Shown one piece after another: positions 48,356 through 58,465 of a stretch of 64,000 bases of DNA; positions within the stretch are counted from its first letter, which is position 1, and every line of letters begins with the position of its first letter. The translations under genes and the position numbers were made by a program. The notes beneath the pieces are model-generated. The model was not told where the DNA came from, made no database searches, and saw only the letters and a program-made list of their open reading frames with translations. The DNA lies in contig JABIHN010000012.1 in the NCBI GenBank assembly GCA_018649625.1, positions 10,782 through 74,781 of the forward strand. Reading direction: 5' to 3'. Source of the stretch: Fidelibacterota bacterium (GTDB lineage: Bacteria > Fidelibacterota > Marinisomatia > Marinisomatales > UBA1611).

Positions 48356-49667
48356 TTTTCAGTTTTCTATTATTTTTGACAAGTTCCAGGCAGATGAACA
48401 AATTATAAATATTTCTCCTGAAATTCATATTGTCTATGGTGAAAGTGGTGTTGGAAAAAGTGATTTTCTTTCATGCATAAATAGTGAATCGCATTCGCAT
48501 TTGAATAATTTCAAGATTAAATCAAAAATATCAGGTTTAAATATTTATAGAATATATCAAAATCCTGATCATCAAATTATTGGAAAGACGGTAAGAAGTG
48601 AGTTGTCATTTACCGGTGAATGTGAAGGCAAATCCATTGAAGAATTAAAAAAGCTTATTGAATTAGGATTTGAAAAATTACCAAAATCAATTGAAGCAAC
48701 TATTAATCCAGCATTATTGTCAGGCGGAGAAAAAGAATTATTGAATTTGACAACGGCACTCCAAATGAATCCTGATATTTTATTGATTGATGACGGGTTA
48801 TCATTCTTATCATTAGAAAATAAAAAAATGGCATTAAACTGGTTAAATGATTGGTGTAATAACTCGAGTGCAATTATTATTTGGACAACATCTGAGAAGA
48901 AAGATCTTGAGCTAGGATATAAAAATTGGTTCTTGGGTTTGGATTCCTTTGCCACAATTGAAAATTCATCGTCTAATTCGTACGATTTAATTCAAATACC
49001 TGACGGTGATCTTTCTTTAGATTTTTCCCATGTATCATTTAATTATGAAAGCTCCCGACAAATTTATTCAGATTTTTCTATTTCGTTAAAAAATGCTCGT
49101 TCTATTGGTATTTCGGGAGGGAATGGATCGGGGAAAACAACCTTTGCTGCTCTATGTTTTGCATATTTAAAGCCCATAAGTGGGCAAGTCTCACTAATAT
49201 TAGGGGAAAATTCAAATCTTAAAATTGGATATGTAGATCAATTTCCAGAACATTTAATTCAATTAAAAACACCTGCCGAATTTCTTGATACTTTGAATCA
49301 AAATGGTATTTTTGATTCTCAACTAAATAATACGTTCAAAAAAAGATTAACTCGATTTGGTATTCAATGGGAGCAAGTTGAATTTATACAAGGTATAAAC
49401 TTACCTTGGTCGGTTTTGCGTATGATTCTTATTGTTGTACTTTGCCACAGTAAATTTGATATAATTATTTTAGATGAACCTACATTTGGATTGGGTTGGA
49501 ATCAGCGTGTAATTTTGCGTTCATTTTTACGAGAATGTATGACGAAAATGCATTTTATAATTGTTTCTCATGATGATCTATTTATTCAATCAACGTGTGA
49601 TCAAATTATTAATTTAGATTTACAAAATCAGGTGGAAAAAAAGTTTGAAACAGAAAAAGAATCTTAA
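48348..49667 (+). CDS. fused tandem ABC ATPase, ECF-transporter (EcfA-EcfA') type, with one degenerate ATP site
   Basis: GTG start overlapping waaA. NBD1: Walker A 'GESGVGKS', ECF Q-loop 'YQNPDHQIIGKTV', signature 'LSGGEKE', Walker B 'ILLIDDG' (no catalytic Glu). NBD2: Walker A 'GGNGSGKTT', 'DQFPEHLI', signature replaced by 'LPWSV', Walker B 'IIILDEPT'. Confidence 0.65.
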   Translation: MTDFQFSIIFDKFQADEQIINISPEIHIVYGESGVGKSDFLSCINSESHSHLNNFKIKSKISGLNIYRIYQNPDHQIIGKTVRSELSFTGECEGKSIEELKKLIELGFEKLPKSIEATINPALLSGGEKELLNLTTALQMNPDILLIDDGLSFLSLENKKMALNWLNDWCNNSSAIIIWTTSEKKDLELGYKNWFLGLDSFATIENSSSNSYDLIQIPDGDLSLDFSHVSFNYESSRQIYSDFSISLKNARSIGISGGNGSGKTTFAALCFAYLKPISGQVSLILGENSNLKIGYVDQFPEHLIQLKTPAEFLDTLNQNGIFDSQLNNTFKKRLTRFGIQWEQVEFIQGINLPWSVLRMILIVVLCHSKFDIIILDEPTFGLGWNQRVILRSFLRECMTKMHFIIVSHDDLFIQSTCDQIINLDLQNQVEKKFETEKES

Positions 49668-50232
49668 AGATCGAATTATTGGGGATCCAACTCGGGTTCT
49701 CACCTTTGCCAATATAATTAGTATGTTGAGAGCATTGTCAGCGATACCTATAATTTATACAATGGCTACTCCAGAATGGCATTGGCTTACAGCTATTTTA
49801 ATATTTTTGGCAGTATTATCGGATGCTTTAGATGGGTACTTTGCTAGAAGGGCACATGAAGTGACACATTTTGGGAAATGGTTAGATCCTTTAGCTGATT
49901 TTGTCGTCATTATAGCAATTGTTCTGTATTTAGTCTTAGCAGGAGAATTCCCAGTTTGGTTTTTTGCTTTTTATTTACTTAGACATACAATTATTGCTGC
50001 ACTTTCTCTTTATTGCCTAAACTATGGTTATATGATCCTACAAGCAAATTGGTGGGGGAAATGGGCAACAGGAATGACCACTTTAGGCGTATTTCTACAC
50101 ATATTTAATTTTCAGGCGTTACCGTGGTTAAAAATGGGGTCTCTTTATATTGCGACAGTATTATTAACTATTAGCGCTTTACAATATTTTTACCAGTTTT
50201 ATAATTCCATTCGGACTAATCATGTTAAGTAA
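49645..50232 (+). CDS. CDP-alcohol phosphatidyltransferase (PgsA-like)
   Basis: TTG start. Exact D-G-x2-A-R-x8-G-x3-D-x3-D motif in 'DALDGYFARRAHEVTHFGKWLDPLADF'. Polytopic. Confidence 0.8.
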   Translation: MKQKKNLKDRIIGDPTRVLTFANIISMLRALSAIPIIYTMATPEWHWLTAILIFLAVLSDALDGYFARRAHEVTHFGKWLDPLADFVVIIAIVLYLVLAGEFPVWFFAFYLLRHTIIAALSLYCLNYGYMILQANWWGKWATGMTTLGVFLHIFNFQALPWLKMGSLYIATVLLTISALQYFYQFYNSIRTNHVK

Positions 50233-51109
50233 ACTTTTTAAAGCACTTTCAAAATCTAGAACTGCTATTGCCAATGCTTTCAGTCAAATTACGGGAAAAA
50301 ATATAACCCCAGAATCATTGGATAATTTGGAAGAGCAACTATTGAGCGCAGATTTGGGGTATGTCACTGTTGAATCAATTATCAATATGCTGAAAAATCT
50401 CTCCAAATCAGATTTTATAGAAAATGTAAAAAAACACCTAATATCTCTATTGCCACCAGAATTTTCGCCTAAGCCATTTCAAAGGCCTACTATTTTAATG
50501 ATTGTTGGTGTGAATGGAACTGGCAAAACAACAACATCAGCAAAACTGGCATATTTATATAAAAAACTGGGTCAAAAAGTTACTTTGGTTGCAGCTGATA
50601 CTTATAGAGCTGCGGCGGTGGATCAATTAAAGGTTTGGGGAAATCGTGTTGGATGTCATCTTGTTTGTAATGATAAAACGTCCGAACCGACTTCTGTTTT
50701 ATTCGATGGTATTGTTTCGGCCAAATCAAATAAAAGTGATGTTATTATTGTAGATACTGCTGGCCGTTTACATACTTATTCAAATTTGATGGGAGAATTA
50801 GCGAAAATGTATCGAGTTGTCGAAAATAGATTCCCTGAATATAATTTAAAATCCTTGATTACTATGGATGCGAGTTTGGGGCAAAATTCAGTTATTCAAG
50901 CTAAAGAATTTGGAAAACATGTTAAACTTGATTCTGCGATTCTTACCAAATTAGATGGGACGGCTAGAGGTGGAATTGTTTTTCCATTATTTCAAGAATT
51001 GAAAATTCCAGTAGAATTCATAGGGGTTGGAGAAGAATTAGATGATTTGAATTTGTTTAATCCTGAAGAATATGTAGATGGCTTGTTAGGAATAAGCCAA
51101 GATGATTAG
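50222..51109 (+). CDS. ftsY: signal recognition particle receptor FtsY (short form, NG domain only)
   Basis: 'VGVNGTGKTTTSAKLA', 'DTYRAAAVDQL', 'DTAGRLH', 'TKLDGTARGG'. Confidence 0.93.
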   Translation: MLSKLFKALSKSRTAIANAFSQITGKNITPESLDNLEEQLLSADLGYVTVESIINMLKNLSKSDFIENVKKHLISLLPPEFSPKPFQRPTILMIVGVNGTGKTTTSAKLAYLYKKLGQKVTLVAADTYRAAAVDQLKVWGNRVGCHLVCNDKTSEPTSVLFDGIVSAKSNKSDVIIVDTAGRLHTYSNLMGELAKMYRVVENRFPEYNLKSLITMDASLGQNSVIQAKEFGKHVKLDSAILTKLDGTARGGIVFPLFQELKIPVEFIGVGEELDDLNLFNPEEYVDGLLGISQDD

Positions 51110-51250
51110 TTAATTTATTCTTTCATTTAGATTGTATAATCAAAAAACCCGGAAAATTGAAATTTGGGTTGGAAAGAATAGAATGATTATAAATACGCCT
51201 TAACGCCCAAACATTCAAACTCATTTTCCTTGTAACTTCCTGCCCAAATT

Positions 51251-52552
51251 ATGAACAAAAATAAAACATTAAACCTTATCAGCCTTGGCTGCGCAAAAAA
51301 TCTTGTGGATTCTGAAATACTGTTAGGTGGTCTTAAAAAGAACAATGTAAGTATTACCCAGAATCCTGAAGACGCAGATACTATAGTTGTGAATACCTGT
51401 GGTTTCCTCGACATTGCCAGAGAAGAGTCTATTGATACCATTCTTCAAGCGGCAGAATTAAAGAAATCAGGATCTTTAAAAGAATTAGTTATTATGGGAT
51501 GTTTAACAGAGCGTTATCCCGAAGAATTGAAAAAAGAGATTCCTGAAGTTGATCAAATATTTGGGAGCAATGATCATCGACAGATTGTATCTTTTCTTAC
51601 GGGAAAAGATTTTGCAAAAGACGATCCTTTATTTTTCAGGTCTCTTATGACGCCTAATCATTATGCATATTTGAAAATTGCGGAAGGATGTGATAATGGA
51701 TGCTCTTTCTGTAGTATCCCTTTGATGCGTGGTCTTCAAAAAAGTCGAACAATACCTGCAATTATGGATGAAGCGGAACGTTTGGTTGCTAAGGGTACAA
51801 AAGAGTTATTGGTGATTGCACAAGATTCTACATCTTACGGATGGGATTTGGAGAAAAAAGTATATTTAAGTGATTTACTTCGAGAATTAAATACCATTAA
51901 TAATTTAGAATGGATTCGAGTTCATTATGCACATCCAGCCCACTTATCTCAACGAATTATTGATGCAATGGCTGAATGTAATAAAGTATGTAACTATATC
52001 GATATGCCAATTCAACATGCTGCTGATAATGTTCTAAAATCTATGAAACGAGGATTAGGACAAGATGGAATCCGAAATAGGATTCATCGTTTACGTGAAG
52101 CAATCCCAGGGATTGCGATTCGTACAACATTAATTGTTGGATATCCGGGTGAAACTGAAGACGATTATAATTCACTCCGAGATTTTGTTGAAGAAATCAA
52201 ATTTGACCGTCTTGGCATTTTTACTTATTCTGAAGAAGAAGGTACCAGTGCTGCTTATTTGGACGATAATATTAGTAGACAAGTCAAAGATGATCGGAAA
52301 AATTCGCTTCAAGAAATTCAGCTTGAAATCAACTTAGATCGAAATGAATCCTTTATAGGGAAAACATTAAAAGTATTGGTTGACCAAAGTGGGAAAGATA
52401 ACAGTGTCGGGAGAACAGAATATGATTCTCCGGAAATTGACAATATTGTTCATATTAAGGAAAAAGTCGAAAAAGGATCTTTTGTTAATGTGAAAATTGA
52501 ATCTGTTAATGAATATGAGTTGATTGGAAAAGTCGTCAAATCAATCAATTAA
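51251..52552 (+). CDS. rimO: ribosomal protein S12 methylthiotransferase RimO
   Basis: MTTase N-domain 'LISLGCAKNLVDSE...VNTCGF', radical-SAM 'CDNGCSFCSIP', C-terminal TRAM domain. Confidence 0.92.
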   Translation: MNKNKTLNLISLGCAKNLVDSEILLGGLKKNNVSITQNPEDADTIVVNTCGFLDIAREESIDTILQAAELKKSGSLKELVIMGCLTERYPEELKKEIPEVDQIFGSNDHRQIVSFLTGKDFAKDDPLFFRSLMTPNHYAYLKIAEGCDNGCSFCSIPLMRGLQKSRTIPAIMDEAERLVAKGTKELLVIAQDSTSYGWDLEKKVYLSDLLRELNTINNLEWIRVHYAHPAHLSQRIIDAMAECNKVCNYIDMPIQHAADNVLKSMKRGLGQDGIRNRIHRLREAIPGIAIRTTLIVGYPGETEDDYNSLRDFVEEIKFDRLGIFTYSEEEGTSAAYLDDNISRQVKDDRKNSLQEIQLEINLDRNESFIGKTLKVLVDQSGKDNSVGRTEYDSPEIDNIVHIKEKVEKGSFVNVKIESVNEYELIGKVVKSIN

Positions 52553-52608
52553 TCATTCTATAAATATTCTCTCTATAACCAACCCTTTTTGCTCTGTAGC
52601 TTCTGCTA

Positions 52609-54387
52609 ATGAATACAATCCACATCCGTAACTTTTGTATTATTGCCCATATTGATCATGGAAAATCAACTTTAGCGGATAGGCTGCTTGAAGATACTGG
52701 TACTATTTCTAAAAAAAATATGAAAGCTCAGGTTCTAGACAATATGGAGCTAGAGCGTGAAAGAGGTATCACGATTAAAAGCCATTCAATTCGAATTAAA
52801 TATGAAAACTATATATTAAATCTTATCGATACTCCAGGACATGTTGATTTTACTTATGAAGTCTCTAGAACATTAGCTGCTAGCGAAGGAGTACTATTAA
52901 TTGTTGATGCCGCACAAGGTATTGAAGCTCAGACTGTTACTAATTATTTACTAGCTCTAGGTAATGATTTAACAATCATTCCAGTAATCAATAAAGTAGA
53001 TTTACCTAATGCAGATATTGAAAATGTAACGGATCAAATTATTGAGCTTACAGGCTGTGACAAAGAAGATATATTGCTTGCTAGCGCTAAAACTGGAGAA
53101 GGTATTCAGTCAATAATCGATACTATCATTCATAAAATTCCTCCACCAGAACCTCCAAAAAATGATGCCTTTAAAGCATTAATTTTTGACTCAATTTATG
53201 ATAAATATCGCGGCGTTGTCGCTTATATTCGTGTTTATGAAGGATCTATAAGTCGAGGCAGTAAGATTAAATTTTTTTCCCACAATACTTACTATGATAT
53301 TGACGAAGTTGGCCATTTTGTAATCGATAGAAAAAAATCTGATTCCTTGCAAGCTGGAGAAGTAGGTTATATCATTGCAAATGTGAGAGATATAGAACAT
53401 GTTTTGCCAGGCGATACAATAACAAATGTGAATAAGCCATGTAAGGACGCGCTTCCCGGTTTTCAAAAAATTAAACCAATGGTATTTTCAGGATTATTTC
53501 CAGCCGATTCTGCGGAATATGATGACTTACGTACTGCGCTTGAAAAATTAAAACTAAACGATGCTTCTCTTGTGTTTGAGCCGGAAGTAAGTGATGCGTT
53601 AGGTTTTGGATATCGATGTGGTTTTTTAGGGTTGTTACATATGGAAATTATACAAGAAAGACTTGAAAGAGAATTTAATCTTTCAATTGTAACTACTAGT
53701 CCAAATGTCAAGTATTTAGCAAATCTTAGAGATGGTAGTCAAATTGAAGTACAGCGACCTGCCTTGTTGCCAGAGCCAAAAATATTAGAAAGTATTATGG
53801 AGCCAATTGTTACTGCAGAGATCTTAACTCCAGTAGATTATATTGGAAATGTAATGAAAATTTGCCAAGAGAAAAGAGGAAAATATAAATCTACTTCTTA
53901 TCTTTCTAGCTCTAAAGTCCAGTTAATTTATGAGCTACCTTTAGGTGAAATATTATTTGATTTTTATGATAGTATCAAATCTGGATCAAAAGGATATGCT
54001 TCATTTGATTATACTTTTAAAGAATATAGAGAAGGTAAGCTAGATAGGCTTGATATTCTTATTAATAAAGAGCCTGTAGATGCCTTGTCGATGATTTGTT
54101 CAAAGAAAGATTCTTATCATAGAGGGTTAGCGCTTTGTCAAAAACTCAAAGAGTTAATTCCTAGACATCAAATCCAGATCCCAATTCAAGCATCTATTGG
54201 AACTAGAGTAATTGCACGTACTAATATTGCTCCGTTTAGAAAGAATGTAACTGAAAAATTATATGGCGGAGATGTAACTCGAAAAAATAAATTATTACAG
54301 AAGCAAAAAAAGGGAAAAAAGAGAATGAAAATGATTGGAAGAGTTGAAGTTCCACAAGAAGCATTATTAGCTGTTTTAAAAATTTGA
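52609..54387 (+). CDS. lepA: translation elongation factor 4 (LepA)
   Basis: '[22 protein letters not shown]', 'DTPGHVDF', 'NKVDLP', '[23 protein letters not shown]', LepA C-terminal '[17 protein letters not shown]'. Confidence 0.96.
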   Translation: [592 protein letters not shown]

Positions 54388-54388
54388 T

Positions 54389-55093
54389 ATGATCCAAGAT
54401 TACTTTAAAAAATCTAAATCTCCTTTCTATAGCTTTGTCATTACCCTACCTATTTTCCTAATATATGAATTAGGAATTTTTTTAATGAGAGATACCGAGT
54501 TTAGTTATATCAAAAATGGCGCCGATGTATTAATAGAGAACGCTATTTCTACATTAGGATTTGATATTTTCTATGTAGTATCTACGTTATTTTTATTCAT
54601 ATTTCTTGGCATAGCCTATTATCAGAAAAAAGAATATGATTCTTTTAAGATCCATAAATCTTATTTATTTATAATGTTAGTCGAATCTTTTTTTTATGCT
54701 TTAATATTATTTTTTATACTCGGAAGCATGAGTCTTTATCTGATGGATTCTTCTGTTGAAAACATGTATTTCAATCTAATCTTATCACTGGGAGCTGGAA
54801 TTTATGAGGAGTTAATCTTTAGGGTATTTTCACTTTATATTTTTTATCAATTAATGAAATTTATCTTTAAATCAATGAGTGATTTTTCCTCATTATTCTT
54901 CACATTAATATTGTCAGCTATCCTATTTTCTTTATTTCACTTTACAGGCACAGAGGTATTTACTCAAAATGCATTTACAGTTCGATTTATTGCTGGGATA
55001 CTGTTAGGATTTTTATACATAAGTAGAGGTTTTGGTATTACGGCTATTGCTCATTCATTTTATGATATATTTGTTATTTTTCAGTTAACTTAG
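54389..55093 (+). CDS. CPBP-family intramembrane glutamic endopeptidase (CAAX protease-like)
   Basis: Polytopic. Motif 1 'EELIFRVF', motif 2 'FSLFHF', motif 3 'AHSFYD'. Confidence 0.8.
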   Translation: MIQDYFKKSKSPFYSFVITLPIFLIYELGIFLMRDTEFSYIKNGADVLIENAISTLGFDIFYVVSTLFLFIFLGIAYYQKKEYDSFKIHKSYLFIMLVESFFYALILFFILGSMSLYLMDSSVENMYFNLILSLGAGIYEELIFRVFSLYIFYQLMKFIFKSMSDFSSLFFTLILSAILFSLFHFTGTEVFTQNAFTVRFIAGILLGFLYISRGFGITAIAHSFYDIFVIFQLT

Positions 55094-55096
55094 TAT

Positions 55097-55828
55097 ATGA
55101 AAAAAATAATATTTTTTATCCTGTTTTCGGGATCAATTTTTGGACAGTCTATAATTGACACGTTATCCGTAACTGTTTATCCAGAGTTTTCATATCCTGG
55201 AGTAGCAATTGAGTATAAATTTGATACAGACTCAGTGTCACAATACGACTTTCAAATACCTAGCGGAATCGATTCTGTGCTATATACAATATCAAGCGAT
55301 GAATCTGAATTTGAGAAAATCGTAGAAATAAATGACAATACTTTGACTACAATAAAGCAAAGTGGTAATCATACTATTTATTTATTTTTAGAGAAGTTTA
55401 TCAAAGATCCAGGTCCTAGAGATTTTTTATACTTATTTGAGTCTGCTGCTGATGTAGATGCTCTAATATTTAGTTTTCAAGTACCGTTTGCTGCAAAAGA
55501 TTTTCTTGCTGATGCAGGGGGTATCAAGTTAGAAAAAATTCGCGATCAAAATGGATTAACATTCATGCAGGGTATAGATAGCAATTATTCAAAATTTGGT
55601 AAGAAAGCACTATTTTTTAGTTATTATAATCCACACGGCTTTACATCTATTCAATACGCTGCTAATATAAGCACCGAAAATACACCTCTAGAGCCACCAA
55701 CGACTGCAAGCGAAAGATTTATCAGGTATCCCTTTTTAACATGGGAGCCAATGGCTATTTTCCTATTATTAACTTTAGTATTGGTATTTTTATATGAACT
55801 ATCTAATAGAAAAGAAAAAAATAATTAA
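55097..55828 (+). CDS. hypothetical secreted, C-terminally membrane-anchored protein
   Basis: Signal peptide 'MKKIIFFILFSGSIFGQ'. About 200-aa ectodomain. C-terminal TM 'MAIFLLLTLVLVFLY' followed by a basic tail. No recognisable family. Confidence 0.45.
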   Translation: MKKIIFFILFSGSIFGQSIIDTLSVTVYPEFSYPGVAIEYKFDTDSVSQYDFQIPSGIDSVLYTISSDESEFEKIVEINDNTLTTIKQSGNHTIYLFLEKFIKDPGPRDFLYLFESAADVDALIFSFQVPFAAKDFLADAGGIKLEKIRDQNGLTFMQGIDSNYSKFGKKALFFSYYNPHGFTSIQYAANISTENTPLEPPTTASERFIRYPFLTWEPMAIFLLLTLVLVFLYELSNRKEKNN

Positions 55829-56813
55829 ATATTTATCACTTTTTATTTTTTGCATGGCAATTATTAGCTGCGATATAAAAAAGGATGCAATCGGAGCAAA
55901 TGATGATCTAGTTGTTCTTGCTGCTAAGGAAGATAGAGATGATATACTAAGTTTATTATCTATTGTATTTAATGATACACTTCTAACACCAGCTCCAGAA
56001 CCATTTTATAATGTAAAGTTTGCAGATCCGAGTAGCTATGATGCGCTAAAAACTCAGACAAATTTAATTATTGCCTCTATTGGAGACTATGAGCTGAATC
56101 CTGCAACTAAGCTTGTTAGAAATTTATTAGGAAAAAAAGCATTTGAGAATACACTGGAAAATAATCCAATTGTTTTGTCTAGAGATCAATTTGCTAAAAA
56201 TCAATTATTTATGATATTAAGTGGTGCTAAAGAAAGCGATATCAGAGAATATTTATTAAAGAATGGGAATTCAATTAAAAATAAATTTGATCAAAATTTT
56301 GATAAAAAACAGTCTCAGTATTTTTTAGAATCTAAGCGACAGGAAGATATAGAATCTCAATTGCTATCAGATTATGGATGGACTATCAATCTACCTTGGG
56401 GTTGGGAGATGATCAGAAATAATCCAGACTCAAATTTTGTATGGATTGGCCAAGAAATGCCATTTAGATGGATGGCTATACAATGGAAAGATGGAAATCA
56501 TTTTTCTGAAGAAGATGCGATTGATATAGGAGATAGCTTTCCTCAAACATATTTCAAATCACAACAATATAACAAAGAATTTTTATCAATTGATTGGGTA
56601 GACTATCGAAATGATGCAGCTTATAGGTTGTCTGGATTGTGGGAGTCTATTGATCAGGCAAAAGGTGGTCCATTCGTAGGATATCTATTTTATGATTATG
56701 CATCCGATAAAACATTTTATGTTACTTATATGGTGTTCAATCCAGGTGGAAGAAAAGCATTTTATATGAAACAAATGGAATTATTCTCTAAAACATTAGA
56801 GACTAAATCATGA
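55794..56813 (+). CDS. hypothetical lipoprotein
   Basis: Lipobox 'FCMAIISC|D' after a basic N-terminus. 339 aa. 35-nt overlap with the upstream gene. No catalytic motif seen. It might be a DUF4837-type protein, which I cannot verify. Confidence 0.45.
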   Translation: MNYLIEKKKIIKYLSLFIFCMAIISCDIKKDAIGANDDLVVLAAKEDRDDILSLLSIVFNDTLLTPAPEPFYNVKFADPSSYDALKTQTNLIIASIGDYELNPATKLVRNLLGKKAFENTLENNPIVLSRDQFAKNQLFMILSGAKESDIREYLLKNGNSIKNKFDQNFDKKQSQYFLESKRQEDIESQLLSDYGWTINLPWGWEMIRNNPDSNFVWIGQEMPFRWMAIQWKDGNHFSEEDAIDIGDSFPQTYFKSQQYNKEFLSIDWVDYRNDAAYRLSGLWESIDQAKGGPFVGYLFYDYASDKTFYVTYMVFNPGGRKAFYMKQMELFSKTLETKS

Positions 56814-57520
56814 AAAGATTAGTCATACTTCCCACCTACAATGAATCAAAGAATATCATTAATATTCTTGATACGCTTTTAAGTCTAGATATAGATCTAG
56901 ATATTTTAATTGTAGATGATAATTCTCCAGATAGTACAGCCCATATTGCAAAAATATATAATAGTAATAATGTTTTTATAGAAGAGCGAGCAGAGAAAAA
57001 TGGATTAGGTTCTGCCTATATACATGGTTTTAATTGGGCCTTAAAAAATAAATATGATAAAATTATTCAAATGGATGCTGACTTATCACATGATCCGATT
57101 GAAGTTCCCGCTATGTTTAGTTTGTTAGATGAATATGACTTAGTTATAGGTAGTAGGTATCATGGTGGATTACGAGTCATAAATTGGCCAATTAGTAGAC
57201 TATATATCAGTTATTTTGCCAATCTTTATGCAAGAATAATTACAGGAGTACCCGTTAAAGATTTGACTGCAGGTTTCAAAGCATGGAATTCTGAAACATT
57301 GCGCTTAATTAAATTTAATGAAAGTTCATCTCAAGGCTATTGTTTCCAGATCGAAACATCATTTCGAGCTCATCAAAAAGCTTGCAAATTAATTGAACAT
57401 CCAATAGTATTTACAGATCGCACTATTGGCGAATCTAAAATGAGTAAAAATGTAATGATTGAAGCAGTTTTAAAGGTGTGGCTATTTGGATTTTGGAGAT
57501 TATTTAAACTAAAAAAATAG
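56810..57520 (+). CDS. GT2 polyprenol-phosphate mannosyl/glycosyl transferase (Dpm1-like)
   Basis: 'VILPTYNESKNI', 'ILIVDDNSPDST', 'IQMDADLSHDP', 'GSRY'. Confidence 0.82.
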   Translation: MKRLVILPTYNESKNIINILDTLLSLDIDLDILIVDDNSPDSTAHIAKIYNSNNVFIEERAEKNGLGSAYIHGFNWALKNKYDKIIQMDADLSHDPIEVPAMFSLLDEYDLVIGSRYHGGLRVINWPISRLYISYFANLYARIITGVPVKDLTAGFKAWNSETLRLIKFNESSSQGYCFQIETSFRAHQKACKLIEHPIVFTDRTIGESKMSKNVMIEAVLKVWLFGFWRLFKLKK

Positions 57521-58465
57521 ATGAAAAAACATTATTTAACTTTCGAAAAACCTTTAAAAGATTTAGATCACGACATTGAAAATTTAATTTCTATTGATTC
57601 TGAATCTGATAAGCTCAATCAATTAAAAGCAGAGAGAGATGAAAAAGAAAAAGAAATTTTTTCCCAATTAGGTGCATGGGAAACAGTACAAATTGCTAGA
57701 CATCCTAACAGACCCTATACTTTAGACTATATTGATGCTTGGTGCGATGATTTTATTGAGCTTCACGGTGATAAGGCATTTGCCGATGATCATGCTGTAG
57801 TAGCGGGAATTGGCACAATTGGAAAACACAAAGTTGCTATTATAGGACAGCAAAAAGGCAGAAATACAAAAGAAAATTTATATAGAAATTTTGGAATGAT
57901 GAAACCTGAGGGTTATCGTAAAGCCTTGCGTGTAATGAAAATTGCAGAAAAATTTCACTTACCTATCGTTACTTTGATTGATACTCCAGGAGCTGATCCA
58001 GGTATTGCAGCAGAAGAAAGAGGTCAAGGATTTGCTATTGCTAACAATTTGATAAAAATGGCTTCTATAGATACACAAATTTTATCTGTAGTAATTGGAG
58101 AAGGTGCTAGTGGTGGTGCTTTAGGTATTGGTTTATGTGATAAAATGTTAATGCTAGAAAACACTTGGTTTTCAGTAATTAGTCCAGAAGGCTGTGCTTC
58201 AATTTTGTGGAAAGATTCTTCAAAAGCTCCAGAAGCAGCTGAAGCTTTAAAACTCAGACCTAAAGATCTCATGGAGTATGATATCTGCAATATGATTATT
58301 CATGAACCAGTAGGTGGAGCGCATCGTCATTTTGATGAAACACTTTTGATTGTAAAAAATGCTGTTATTGATCAAATTGATTCTTTTGAAAAAGATGATA
58401 GTATGACTTATTTAGATTCTAGAGTAGCTAGATATGATAAGTTGGGTGTTTTTAGAGAGTTTTAA
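57521..58465 (+). CDS. accA: acetyl-CoA carboxylase carboxyltransferase subunit alpha
   Basis: 'ARHPNRPYTLDYI', 'LHGDKAFADD', 'FGMMKPEGYRKALR', 'IDTPGADPG', 'IGEGASGGALG'. Confidence 0.95.
   Translation: MKKHYLTFEKPLKDLDHDIENLISIDSESDKLNQLKAERDEKEKEIFSQLGAWETVQIARHPNRPYTLDYIDAWCDDFIELHGDKAFADDHAVVAGIGTIGKHKVAIIGQQKGRNTKENLYRNFGMMKPEGYRKALRVMKIAEKFHLPIVTLIDTPGADPGIAAEERGQGFAIANNLIKMASIDTQILSVVIGEGASGGALGIGLCDKMLMLENTWFSVISPEGCASILWKDSSKAPEAAEALKLRPKDLMEYDICNMIIHEPVGGAHRHFDETLLIVKNAVIDQIDSFEKDDSMTYLDSRVARYDKLGVFREF

Noticed and set aside
51146-51170. Hairpin AACCCGGA-N9-TTTGGGTT downstream of ftsY.
   Set aside because: There are only 5 Watson-Crick GC/AT pairs plus wobbles, a large loop and no U-tract. 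The evidence is weak.
51187-51441. 84-aa minus-strand ORF spanning the ftsY-rimO intergenic region.
   Set aside because: It overlaps the well-supported 5' end of rimO by about 190 nt and has no recognisable features.
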